DNA from: a virus
Strand: one strand, 5' to 3'
Virus record (IMG/VR): IMGVR_UViG_3300045988_079665
Length of the DNA stretch: 64,000 bases
How positions within the stretch are numbered: position 1 is the first letter of the stretch; each line of letters begins with the position of its first letter. The translations under genes were made by a program, and so were the position numbers. Under the pieces are notes generated by a model, which saw only the letters and a program-made list of their open reading frames with translations, searched no databases and was not told the origin of the DNA. Positions 1 to 8,573 of the stretch are shown one piece after another.

Positions 1-102
1 TAGTGGTAATAGATTATTCTTTTCTTTCATACATCGCCTTTCTTGATTTCATATAGCATTAAACAGAGCCATAGCAGCATACATACGCCCAGCCGCCATA
101 CA

Positions 103-312
103 TCATCCATTCTTTTTACCTCTTGAGTTGGCTTCAGCTACTTTACTCTTGATAACATCTTTAATTGCTTTAGCAGATGTCAAGCCACTTGTTAGCTTAT
201 AAATCTCATAAATACAAGCATCCCATCCAGTCATAAGCCCTTGTGTGAAATAGCTCTGAAATTTAGGCTCAAGTTCCTTTCTGAGTACGTCCTGTAGTTC
301 ATTATCAGACAT
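103..312 (-). CDS. hypothetical protein (69 aa)
   Basis: Intact ORF in a tightly packed minus-strand operon; overlaps the upstream ORF by 8 nt. Confidence 0.55.
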   Translation of the reverse strand: MSDNELQDVLRKELEPKFQSYFTQGLMTGWDACIYEIYKLTSGLTSAKAIKDVIKSKVAEANSRGKKNG

Positions 313-616
313 ATGTTCCCTCCCTATATGGCATATCGCAATTTGGACAATATACTTCTGTTAATGTTTCATAACATGGCTCATCCAACTCGGTATGCAA
401 CTCTCTATGTGTATATCTTTCTAGCTTAGAGCCACAAACAGGACATCGCCCCATTGATTCTAGCGCTGTATCAGCTGTGTAGGCTAATGGCAGGACTTTT
501 AGGCTAGATAGATACACTAGACAATTTACTAGTGTATCTTCATCATCTTTATAATACTCACATACCGATTCAATTATTTCATCGTGCATTTCTGTCATAG
601 CACTAGCTCCAGCCAT
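305..616 (-). CDS. zinc-ribbon protein (103 aa)
   Basis: Paired CxxC motifs (CPVCG ... CPNC); overlaps both neighbours in the operon. Confidence 0.6.
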   Translation of the reverse strand: MAGASAMTEMHDEIIESVCEYYKDDEDTLVNCLVYLSSLKVLPLAYTADTALESMGRCPVCGSKLERYTHRELHTELDEPCYETLTEVYCPNCDMPYREGTYV

Positions 617-1158
617 TCTGTGTCAACAATAAAGCTATAATGGTTATTTACATCCATGATATAAGCAAGCGTCTGATTCTTATGTTTGGCTACTGTTACA
701 ACTCTAAATCTATAGTCTTCAAGTTCGTATGTCTGCTCGCCAAAAATAAGATCAGAAGCATATGCGGTCATTACATCATCAACTGAGATATGATTTGTCT
801 TACACCAATCAGATACAGTATGTGGATAATACCAATCAACAACGCCATGCTTGAATTTGACTTTATCACCAACCTTAATTTCTCTTGGCTTCTTTGCTTC
901 AAACATTCTTTCTTTCAGCTCATCAATGCCAACCTGTAGCCGCCAATCATCGTCAGGATGGCACCGAACCTCAACCTTTTTACCGTCCTTACTTGTCATC
1001 GTCATACGATTGCCCTCAATATGCAGGTCATAATCGCCCTCTAGCCACTTAGGTGCTAGATTCTTTTCATAGAATTTGTATTCAAGATTCATGTTTTTCT
1101 TCATCCTTTCTTTCATAATTTCATCATACAAGCTATTGAACACATCTTCCCACATCAT
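595..1158 (-). CDS. hypothetical protein (187 aa)
   Basis: Long intact ORF directly downstream of the integrase on the same strand. Confidence 0.6.
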   Translation of the reverse strand: MMWEDVFNSLYDEIMKERMKKNMNLEYKFYEKNLAPKWLEGDYDLHIEGNRMTMTSKDGKKVEVRCHPDDDWRLQVGIDELKERMFEAKKPREIKVGDKVKFKHGVVDWYYPHTVSDWCKTNHISVDDVMTAYASDLIFGEQTYELEDYRFRVVTVAKHKNQTLAYIMDVNNHYSFIVDTEWLELVL

Positions 1159-1178
1159 TGTTTTGTTCTCCTTATATC

Positions 1179-2018
1179 TTAAAAATTCACAACACTCATA
1201 GCGTTAATTGCACGCTGTTCAGTGCGCTTAATATATCTGTTTGCCGTAATAGCAATAGACGAATGCCCCATTGCTTTACTAATGACCTCAATCGGCACAT
1301 CAGCCTCAGACATCATCGTAGCGAATGTGCGGCGCATCGTGTGATTGCTAATATGCAATTCTTCCCAATTCTCAATACCAGCTTTTCTAGCTGCTACCTT
1401 GAGCATAGCACTGGTATTCTTTCCGTCCATCTTCTTGGACTGATTACCAACGAATAGGTATTCGCAGCCATCTTTGCGCTCGTTGATAATATAGCTATCA
1501 ATCAACTTAATTGTCTCATCGCCTAGACCAATCAATCTATCCTTATCGCCCTTGCCGCGAATGACCAGCACATTGTTTGCGCGGCTTTCATACTGTTCAA
1601 GTGTGATATTAAGCAATTCGTGAATACGCAATCCAGTCTGTGCAAGCATCGTAATAATTGCTTTATTACGCAAATTGGTTGCCGCATTGACCATTGCTCT
1701 AACCTGTTCACCAGTTAGCGCGGACTGCTCCCGGTTCTTGATAGCAGGAGCTTCAAGAAATTCAGCAGGATTGCGACTAATAAATTCATTCCGATAGAGG
1801 AATTTGAAATATTCACGAACGGCAGATGTTCTCTGGGCAACAGATGCAGAGCTGAGATTACTCATGTTGGACTGCCACAACTCAAGGTCAATCGCCTTGA
1901 TTTCAGATTCAGGCTTGTTGACATATTCCAAGCAATTTTCAATCGACTTGGCATATTCACGAATCGTTCCCTCGCTACGATGCTTTGCTTTCAGACTCAT
2001 AATAAACAGTTCATTCAT
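1179..2018 (-). CDS. int: tyrosine recombinase / phage integrase
   Basis: C-terminal catalytic signature HTMRRTFAT ... GHSSIAITANRY (XerC/D-like). Start moved from track ATG 2060 to ATG 2018, which has AAGGAG 8 nt upstream and lies downstream of the promoter at 2048..2076. Confidence 0.9.
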   Translation of the reverse strand: MNELFIMSLKAKHRSEGTIREYAKSIENCLEYVNKPESEIKAIDLELWQSNMSNLSSASVAQRTSAVREYFKFLYRNEFISRNPAEFLEAPAIKNREQSALTGEQVRAMVNAATNLRNKAIITMLAQTGLRIHELLNITLEQYESRANNVLVIRGKGDKDRLIGLGDETIKLIDSYIINERKDGCEYLFVGNQSKKMDGKNTSAMLKVAARKAGIENWEELHISNHTMRRTFATMMSEADVPIEVISKAMGHSSIAITANRYIKRTEQRAINAMSVVNF

Positions 2019-2047
2019 AATATTCAGCTCCTTCATTTGATGATTTA

Positions 2048-2076
2048 AGTATAGCACCATAGCGGCGATTTGTCAA
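2048..2076 (-). promoter_or_regulatory. sigma70-type promoter TTGACA-17-TATACT
   Basis: Read on the minus strand: -35 at 2071..2076, -10 at 2048..2053. The TGA stop of ORF 2073..2477 lies inside the -35 hexamer. Confidence 0.75.
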
Positions 2077-2477
2077 GTATTATTTTTAACTTTCTTAATC
2101 ATCTCATCATATTTCCCACCAGATAAAACTCGTTCACACTCTTCAATGTTCTGTGTAAAATAGTAAATCGCTGGAATGTTATAGGCTTTACTTTCCCATT
2201 TGCGGAGCGATACGCCCTTTTCAACACAATACCAATCAATAGAAATAATGTTCTGAAATGGATAAGCAGTTTCGCCTACCATAATATATCCCTCATGTTT
2301 TATATCGATCATAATCCATTCAGGAATACTACATCTGATTGTATTTGGGTCAATGTAAAATTTATGCCTAAATGAATGCTCATCACCATCTAAGGTCTTA
2401 AATGTCGCGCCCCATTTTTCAACAATTACAAAATCAGTTGGCTTGTATTTCTTTTCTCGTTTCTTAAATAATATCAT
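2073..2477 (-). CDS. hypothetical protein (134 aa)
   Basis: Intact ORF; RBS-like AAAGGAAAAG upstream. Confidence 0.6.
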   Translation of the reverse strand: MILFKKREKKYKPTDFVIVEKWGATFKTLDGDEHSFRHKFYIDPNTIRCSIPEWIMIDIKHEGYIMVGETAYPFQNIISIDWYCVEKGVSLRKWESKAYNIPAIYYFTQNIEECERVLSGGKYDEMIKKVKNNT

Positions 2478-2505
2478 ATATTCACCACCATTCTTTTCCT
2501 TTAGA

Positions 2506-2539
2506 AAAATCCCTATAATCTTTCGACCATAGGGATTTT
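2506..2539 (-). terminator. hairpin terminator after hup
   Basis: 11-bp perfect stem aaaatccctat/atagggatttt with a 12-nt loop, T-rich on the exit side of the minus strand. Confidence 0.5.
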
Positions 2540-2553
2540 AACAGGCGGATTAT

Positions 2554-2829
2554 TTACTCATTGATTTCCGCCTTCAATGTACTTGTTGGCTTAAATGCCA
2601 AAGCATACTTGGCAGGAACTTCAATGGTTTCACCAGTCTGTGGATTACGAGCCGTTCTTGCATCTCTCAGCTTAGTTGTGAACTTGCCAAAGCCATGAAT
2701 CACAACGTCCTCATGCTGGACTAGACTGCGCTTTACATAATCAATGAACGTGTCTACGATTTCAGTTGTGTCCTTGACAGTATTTTCTGTGCTATCTGCT
2801 ACGAACTTAATTAGTTCCTTCTTTGTCAT
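2554..2829 (-). CDS. hup: HU/IHF-family DNA-binding protein
   Basis: 91 aa with the typical HU pattern MTKKELI...GFGKF...R.ARNPQTGE.I.VPA...F. Confidence 0.9.
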   Translation of the reverse strand: MTKKELIKFVADSTENTVKDTTEIVDTFIDYVKRSLVQHEDVVIHGFGKFTTKLRDARTARNPQTGETIEVPAKYALAFKPTSTLKAEINE

Positions 2830-3368
2830 AATTTCCTTTTAATTTCCTTTCGATTTCTAATAAAATTTTATTAAAACAAGTCGCAATGTTCATGCGCATA
2901 TTGACTTGATATATAGGGTTATTTTGTCGCACTATTAACTACTTACAGGTACTCACTTCACCAAGCCCTATACTATTTGCGCGGAATAGGATTATCACCA
3001 CACTATAAGCACATTTTCCAGTTTTGCTCTTCGGATGGTACTAGATGAGATTCGACCAACAGCCAACCTTAGCAGTGACGCGCGTTATTTACTAAGGATT
3101 TTTAGAATTGCCACACTCTCTACAAATTCATGTTAAATTGAATTTACAGTTGCGCAACCATCTTAAAATCAAGAGTGTGGCGACGTTGCCTCATAGCATC
3201 AAGTGGTCAGCTATCAACTATTCAGCAACTAGCATTATAACCTATAAACTAGACTATCCGCAGTGACCAAATCTTGAGGACTGTCTTACAAAGCTAGGAT
3301 TTTCGGCTTTTCCACCAGACGGCTATCAAGTGTGCTTACAATGCTAGTAGAGGCATGATAGACGTTTT

Positions 3369-3441
3369 TGACCGTGGTAGGATTCGAACCTACATCTCAT
3401 CCGCTATGAACGGAGAGTATTACCAATTAGGAGACGCGGTC
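3369..3441 (-). tRNA. tRNA-like element, anticodon CAU (Met/Ile2 type), D-stem unpaired
   Basis: Canonical T-arm GTAGGTTCGAATCCTAC, 6/7 acceptor pairs, anticodon loop TTCATAG. The D-arm has the GG but no stem pairing; no CCA encoded. Confidence 0.55.
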
Positions 3442-3448
3442 ATATGGA

Positions 3449-3562
3449 AATGGGCTTTAAGCGTCAACCCATTAGAAGCATTGGATTCCTATTCAGTTTA
3501 TTAAGTCGTATGTATCCAACAACCAGTGGACTTTGGTAATGGGCTTTAAAGATAAACCCATT
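3449..3562 (-). repeat. two paralogous 25-nt hairpins (3449..3473 and 3538..3562)
   Basis: aatgggctttaa(g/a)...aacccatt occurs twice, 89 nt apart; each folds into an 8-9 bp stem. Confidence 0.7.
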
Positions 3563-3880
3563 AGAACTAATCAGCAAGTCTACACTCTAACCTAGTCCTA
3601 AGACTGCTAGAACCTCTCCACATTTTTGTATGCCTCGCCTCGACTTACTGATTGCAACTATAATTAGTATCCCTTAGTTGCCTAGGGGCCAATCCCTGCT
3701 TAATCCGTCTGGTTCTCGTTATCGACATGATTGACTGCATATGCCTTTATGCTGTTAAGCAATTTAATTTCCTCTCACCAGCTCGATTTGCATTTGATAA
3801 CGAAGTGCTTATGACCAATTCTCTTCTCCGTATTAGTAGTCTATAAACCAGCCACTATATATCGTTTCAAGTGGACTTAA

Positions 3881-3959
3881 TGGTGCGGGATAGGAAAGTC
3901 AAATCCCTACGCCTTACGGATTTTGAATCCGCTCCCTCTGCCGATTGGGGTACCGAGCC
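3881..3959 (-). tRNA. possible degenerate tRNA-like element (anticodon-like loop TTCAAAA, CAA)
   Basis: Good anticodon-type arm GCGGA/TCCGT and an encoded CCA-like end, but the acceptor has 5/7 pairs and the T-arm is non-canonical. Confidence 0.25.
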
Positions 3960-4637
3960 ATATTTATCTTAAGCCGACTTTCTACCTCATAGCTATTTCT
4001 AGCATCGGCTCGTGAATGATGTTTACATATGATGTGCTATCACGCCAAAAAATCCATGTTGCTAAGGCATATCCCAACACACAACATAATGCTTAGCAAG
4101 ACAAATTTGTGTGCCAGTAGTCGCTAACTACTCTTGGGAACAAGTGAATATCGAACTACCATTTCTGGACGGTGCGACCGATTTATTCTTGTGCAAAGCA
4201 CTATGTTCATTCACTGTTAGTGACTCGCGATCAGGCTTCCTCTGATTTAACTGTCACCATTGCCACGATTTACTCCTTAGACGATGGCTGCCTCTAAGCC
4301 AACATTTCATATGTATGTAATATCCTTATATCACCTTTGCCGTTATGTTTTTGCCCTCATGCTAACGGAACACGCTCAGGCGCGACCCCAATTCTCTATA
4401 AGCTATCTGCCGCTTCTCAAACTCTGCACAGACCTGCTTCACAGGCGTGATATAGATTTGACGGTTATCTTCAAATCCGGTCGGATATTATAAACGATGG
4501 CTGTTCATCTCACTCCATTTACTACTGCTCCTGTGTTCCAAAGATTCTATATTGCTATTCATTATCGGCTTTGCCGTCCTGTCTTACCGGGCGCTCATAA
4601 TCTTTAGCTTCGTAGCACCATCATCTTTACATTCTCA

Positions 4638-4666
4638 ATTATAGCATACTTGATTTCATTTGTCAA
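4638..4666 (-). promoter_or_regulatory. sigma70-type promoter TTGACA-17-TATAAT
   Basis: Perfect consensus on the minus strand; fires into the 1.8-kb non-coding unit. Confidence 0.8.
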
Positions 4667-4809
4667 GTATTATTTTTGAAATTATTATTTATTTTTTCTA
4701 AGATTTCTTCCATTTGCACATTGGCTTTAGTCCAATGATATACGACTATCAGCATCCCAACTGCAACACCAACCGCAAATGAACCTAAACAAGCTAACAG
4801 AATAATCAT
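4663..4809 (-). CDS. possible small membrane protein (48 aa)
   Basis: Hand-translated MIILLACLGSFAVGVAVGMLIVVYHW...; its TGA stop is embedded in the -35 of the next promoter. No clear RBS. Confidence 0.35.
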   Translation of the reverse strand: MIILLACLGSFAVGVAVGMLIVVYHWTKANVQMEEILEKINNNFKNNT

Positions 4810-4871
4810 ACACTAATAATCAATAAATTTTCCCAAACTCTTTACCCTACAAACTTACCTTACCTAATTAA

Positions 4872-5111
4872 CTAATCCTGTTTTTCTTCATTATTAGTCA
4901 ATGATTTCTTTGCTAGACGAGCTGATTTGAGCCGTTCTGCCGCAGCTTGCTTCTGTTCATCGGTCATCTCTCTTTTTCTAAATGGATTGTTGCCTAGGCG
5001 AAACGGATATAAATTGCAATCGTGGATAGTACAATTCTTTACTTCATAAGCCGAGCCACAGCTACATTCTAAGCAGTGCTGACGGATGACTTTTAGTGGA
5101 GATTTTTCCAT
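4872..5111 (-). CDS. Cys-rich small protein (79 aa), probable zinc-binding
   Basis: CLECSCGS...C..H.C motif with a basic C-terminus; RBS GAGGTG upstream. Confidence 0.6.
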   Translation of the reverse strand: MEKSPLKVIRQHCLECSCGSAYEVKNCTIHDCNLYPFRLGNNPFRKREMTDEQKQAAAERLKSARLAKKSLTNNEEKQD

Positions 5112-5329
5112 ATTATCACCTCATTGATAATTGGTTCCGTTTATTATTATCTAATGCCTTATAAACGGTTTCCTTAAAATTTGGCCCCTACTTTATACAC
5201 TCATAGGTGAATTGTGGTCAGTTAACGATTGATTTCTGAACGAATTGATTTTTGGCTCATACAATCATAACCCGCAATTTCAACTGTTTGTTTAAGTGTT
5301 AACTGAAATTGCTTTAACTGCGATCACTT

Positions 5330-5422
5330 TGGTACTGGCGCTCGGACTCGAACCGAGATTTTGCGGCAATCGACCGCTAAACTGTGTATAGGACAGCTGG
5401 CTTACCATTAACCGACACCAGC
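5330..5422 (-). tRNA. type-II (long variable arm) tRNA with unusual anticodon loop CCUAUAC (apparent anticodon UAU)
   Basis: All four arms pair: acceptor 7 bp, D-stem GGTT/AGCC, anticodon stem GCTGT/ACAGT, T-arm CTCGG-TTCGAGT-CCGAG. It has a 23-nt variable arm with its own stem, discriminator A and an encoded CCA. Confidence 0.8.
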
Positions 5423-5520
5423 ATATTTGAGCCTTTTATCGTCATGCTCAGGACTATATTTTAGGAGGTTCACAATGAAGAACTGTAATTGAGATTACCC
5501 AATCTCTCAACCACATCTGT

Positions 5521-5549
5521 ATTATATCATATGAGTTGCTGTTTGTCAA
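5521..5549 (-). promoter_or_regulatory. sigma70-type promoter TTGACA-17-TATAAT
   Basis: Perfect consensus on the minus strand, about 95 nt upstream of the tRNA at 5330..5422. Confidence 0.8.
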
Positions 5550-5559
5550 GAATTATTTT

Positions 5560-5796
5560 TTATAGTTCTTGAAACATCTTTTCCCATTTTTCCATCCACA
5601 ACATAACTGGAGTTGTATCGCCTGTTCTATAAGTTTCATATGCGATAGCACCACGCACGAATGTCATAATACTAGACTTTGTAACAAGACCGGTTGGGTC
5701 TGGCAATTCTGTTTTACCAGTTTCATATTGCTTCATGATAAAATCTGTAAGTTTCTCATCCATTATATCACACCAACTTTCATTTGTCAAGAACAA
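5560..5796 (-). CDS. hypothetical protein (up to 78 aa; start uncertain)
   Basis: Intact ORF, but a consensus promoter (5762..5790) lies inside its first codons, so the true start may be an internal Met. Confidence 0.5.
   Translation of the reverse strand: MFLTNESWCDIMDEKLTDFIMKQYETGKTELPDPTGLVTKSSIMTFVRGAIAYETYRTGDTTPVMLWMEKWEKMFQEL
5762..5790 (-). promoter_or_regulatory. sigma70-type promoter TTGACA-17-TATAAT
   Basis: Perfect hexamers and spacer; the -35 contains the stop codon of small ORF 5787..5942. Confidence 0.55.
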
Positions 5797-5942
5797 ATTT
5801 TATTCATTTCAATAAATTTTTCACAAGCCCATCCATTTAGAACTGGTACTTCATCACAGTTGTAACCCCACAATCCAGTTTCACGGTCATAGCAATCTAC
5901 ATGACAAAGATAATCACCGATTTTGAAATAGGTATTAAGCAT
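5787..5942 (-). CDS. small Cys-rich protein (51 aa)
   Basis: Hand-translated MLNTYFKIGDYLCHVDCYDRETGLWGYNCDEVPVLNGWACEKFIEMNKICS; starts 3 nt after the stop of the upstream ORF. Confidence 0.4.
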   Translation of the reverse strand: MLNTYFKIGDYLCHVDCYDRETGLWGYNCDEVPVLNGWACEKFIEMNKICS

Positions 5943-5945
5943 ACG

Positions 5946-6158
5946 TTAATCCTCTACATAATATGTTTCACATACATCTTGTACATCATCTCTGTTCGAT
6001 TTAATATCTAATGTTGCATATGTTGGATTTGCGCCTTCATATACAATTTTTAGTTTGCAGTCAATCCCAAGATTTTTCATCACAGACTGAATCTTCTGAA
6101 ATGCCTTACCAAGCAATTCTTCCCTGAGCTGATATTCTTCCAATGTTTTCGCTACCAT
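5946..6158 (-). CDS. hypothetical protein (70 aa)
   Basis: Intact ORF in the operon; RBS AAGGAG upstream. Confidence 0.6.
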   Translation of the reverse strand: MVAKTLEEYQLREELLGKAFQKIQSVMKNLGIDCKLKIVYEGANPTYATLDIKSNRDDVQDVCETYYVED

Positions 6159-6168
6159 AATTTACTCC

Positions 6169-6510
6169 TTACCAATCAGCATTGATTATAATTTTATTGC
6201 CATCAATACGAGCTGATTCTATCAGCCGATAGACGCAATCCATATGCCACAAACCTTCAAAATCAGGTCGATTGACAAATTTGCTAAGCTCATCAACTTG
6301 TTTGTCGTTAAGTGACATATCTTTACCGTACATAGGTTGTGAATACGGTTGTCCTTTTACATATGGCTTATAATAACCAATAGATTCGAGAAATTCATAC
6401 CACCAACTACCGCCACCATCAACTGTATCAACGGCTCGATATGTAACCAATTCACCGCAATGTGGACAATAAATTGGCTCTGCACGACTGATTCTAATGT
6501 CTAGCCCCAT
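6169..6510 (-). CDS. hypothetical protein (113 aa) with N-terminal CPHCG zinc-ribbon half-site
   Basis: Intact ORF downstream of the promoter at 6542..6570. Confidence 0.6.
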   Translation of the reverse strand: MGLDIRISRAEPIYCPHCGELVTYRAVDTVDGGGSWWYEFLESIGYYKPYVKGQPYSQPMYGKDMSLNDKQVDELSKFVNRPDFEGLWHMDCVYRLIESARIDGNKIIINADW

Positions 6511-6541
6511 ATATTATCATCTCCATTCATTTGATAATTGG

Positions 6542-6570
6542 ATTATACCATATAAAATTAGATTTGTCAA
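6542..6570 (-). promoter_or_regulatory. sigma70-type promoter TTGACA-17-TATAAT
   Basis: Perfect consensus; the -35 contains the TGA stop of ORF 6567..6992. Confidence 0.75.
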
Positions 6571-6992
6571 GCATCTTTGATAAATTTATTTTCAATAGCA
6601 ACCCACTTTTTAATCTGGTCATCTACTCGCACCCATTTGCCATAACAATTCAGGTCTGGGTCAAAATACCAGAGTCCATAATAGTTTAGATGCGCCTCGT
6701 TGGTAATATTGCTGAATGGATTATCATAACCAATCCAACCAAACAAACCCGTAACAAACTTTACATCAGAATCATTACCTACTGTAAATACCGCCAAATC
6801 GCCTAGTTCATCATGAACAGCCTGCACATTAAATTTGATTTCTGTCCCATCTTCTCTATAAAATCCAAGACAACTTCCTTCGCGCTTCTTTACATCTTCA
6901 TACTGACACACATACTCATGGCAATGCGCCTCATACTCATCATCAAATTCTGCGCCGCAATATTCACATTTATAAATCGTTGTTTCAATCAT
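6567..6992 (-). CDS. hypothetical protein (141 aa), N-terminal C2HC-like motif
   Basis: YKCEYCGAEFDDEYEAHCHEYVC at the N-terminus; 4-nt overlap with the upstream ORF. Confidence 0.6.
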   Translation of the reverse strand: MIETTIYKCEYCGAEFDDEYEAHCHEYVCQYEDVKKREGSCLGFYREDGTEIKFNVQAVHDELGDLAVFTVGNDSDVKFVTGLFGWIGYDNPFSNITNEAHLNYYGLWYFDPDLNCYGKWVRVDDQIKKWVAIENKFIKDA

Positions 6993-7564
6993 TTGAACAA
7001 TTCCTCCATTTCTCTAGTATTGTATTTTCTATTCTTCACATATTCAACTCGACTTTTGAATTTGCCCCAATCTGCACTACGGATATTATCGTCAATCAAT
7101 TCACGAATAAAAATCTCATCCTTATATTTGCGCCGTTCGAGCCGTAAATCATGTAGCAACTTATATATCTTATATCCATCTCTTGCATTGTATGAATTGA
7201 ACTCAATAGCATGAAGCACATCTTGAATTTTATTCTCTACTTCTTGCAGTTTATATTCGACCCATGTCGCCCTTGCTACAAGCTGGTCATGCAGGTCACA
7301 GAACGCGCCAATTTGCGCCAATGCTAAATCATAATTGACCAAATTTGAATTGTTAAACTGGTCGAAATCGACGGGTTTAGATGGTGCATCAATCTGTTGC
7401 ACAAAATATCCAAGATTGCGCATTTGCTTTGGTAAATTAACAAGCGCATTATCGGCTTTGGTTTTATCATTGAATTGAAATGACTCGCTTAATTCAGTTG
7501 TTGGAATCCATTGCCCTATGGCATTATGCATGAGATAGTATTTATTGTTATAGAGTACATACAT
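6989..7564 (-). CDS. hypothetical protein (191 aa)
   Basis: Intact ORF, translationally coupled to its neighbours. Confidence 0.6.
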   Translation of the reverse strand: MYVLYNNKYYLMHNAIGQWIPTTELSESFQFNDKTKADNALVNLPKQMRNLGYFVQQIDAPSKPVDFDQFNNSNLVNYDLALAQIGAFCDLHDQLVARATWVEYKLQEVENKIQDVLHAIEFNSYNARDGYKIYKLLHDLRLERRKYKDEIFIRELIDDNIRSADWGKFKSRVEYVKNRKYNTREMEELFK

Positions 7565-7566
7565 GA

Positions 7567-7797
7567 TTATCGTTTCTTTCTTTTAGATTTACGACGTTCG
7601 GCTCGATTTGGAGGAAATGAGACACCATTTGGATATAGATAATCCTTCAATGCTAAAGTAAAATCGTAGAAGGATATATCGTATGGTAAATTTAATTTGT
7701 CACACCATCTGTTCCACCATTCATCGAATCCTATAGTCCATGTGGCTGTTTCGTCATCGCCGAACGATTCCAAATATTCAAAAATCCTATCGTTCAT
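7567..7797 (-). CDS. hypothetical protein (76 aa), basic C-terminus
   Basis: Intact ORF in the operon. Confidence 0.55.
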   Translation of the reverse strand: MNDRIFEYLESFGDDETATWTIGFDEWWNRWCDKLNLPYDISFYDFTLALKDYLYPNGVSFPPNRAERRKSKRKKR

Positions 7798-7966
7798 TTA
7801 GCACCTCATCCAATCCAACAAAATACGGACACTTCTTCGTATCTTCGCAAATGTGCTTATCTTCACCAACTTGACATACCCAACTATGAAATTCCATATT
7901 CCCTTCTTGACGGCAGTTGCGGCATTCATATGGATAATTAGGCATTTCATTTACTATAATTTTCAT
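7787..7966 (-). CDS. small Cys-rich protein (59 aa)
   Basis: Hand-translated MKIIVNEMPNYPYECRNCRQEGNMEFHSWVCQVGEDKHICEDTKKCPYFVGLDEVLNER. RBS AAAGGAAAG upstream; below the track length cutoff. Confidence 0.5.
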   Translation of the reverse strand: MKIIVNEMPNYPYECRNCRQEGNMEFHSWVCQVGEDKHICEDTKKCPYFVGLDEVLNER

Positions 7967-8018
7967 CTATATGTCTTTCCTTTAACTTTTATAAAATGTG
8001 AAAATCTGCGGTATTTGG

Positions 8019-8216
8019 TTAAGATACCCAATAAGCAATAGAGATTATACCAGATATAATAATTGCAATAATTGGTAGCATAATCAATCCAAGCCAATTT
8101 CCATTTTCAAGTAACGTCACACCAAAAGCTAGTGTCGCAAACGCAAGAGTGACTAAAATCATTACAAGAAAAATCCATAATGTTCGCTTCAAAAATCTAA
8201 TTATGTTATTCTTCAT
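8019..8216 (-). CDS. small membrane protein (65 aa, two hydrophobic helices)
   Basis: Hydrophobic segments WIFLVMILVTLAFATLAFGV and LIMLPIIAIIISGIISIAYW. Confidence 0.6.
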   Translation of the reverse strand: MKNNIIRFLKRTLWIFLVMILVTLAFATLAFGVTLLENGNWLGLIMLPIIAIIISGIISIAYWVS

Positions 8217-8530
8217 CTATATTTCTTTCCTTCTTCAATCAGCTTAGAAATTTCATCTGTGCATCTCAATACACGTTGTTTCCACATAAATTCACCCACA
8301 TCTCGTTTTCTAAAAAAGTCGTACTTGCCAATAGAATCAAACAATAACACGATGTCCTGTTCGTCAATATCCAGACATATTGATCTATTAAATTCATCAA
8401 ATTCAATTCCAATTCGATACGTCTTATCAATCATTTCGTTGGTTGGGTACATACAATATGTAATTCTTCCAGTTCGATTATGTAACTTGACATAATCTCC
8501 AGCATTAAATTGATACTTATTTGTATTCAT
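8213..8530 (-). CDS. hypothetical protein (105 aa)
   Basis: Intact ORF; 4-nt overlap with the downstream gene. Confidence 0.55.
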   Translation of the reverse strand: MNTNKYQFNAGDYVKLHNRTGRITYCMYPTNEMIDKTYRIGIEFDEFNRSICLDIDEQDIVLLFDSIGKYDFFRKRDVGEFMWKQRVLRCTDEISKLIEEGKKYR

Positions 8531-8573
8531 ATCTTAATCCTTTCCAATATACATAACATCATATTCAATATTG

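Larger units (their letters stand above)
2830..4631 (-). ncRNA. about 1.8-kb non-coding transcription unit with embedded tRNA-like modules (candidate large structured RNA)
   Basis: Lies downstream of the consensus promoter at 4638..4666. No credible ORF, higher GC than coding flanks, many helices including the long-range pair 3110..3119 with 3172..3181. Confidence 0.45.

Noticed and set aside
4284-4493. ORF 4284..4493(+) inside the 1.8-kb non-coding unit
   Set aside because: It is on the strand opposite to the promoter-defined transcript, has no RBS, and has a junk-like sequence.
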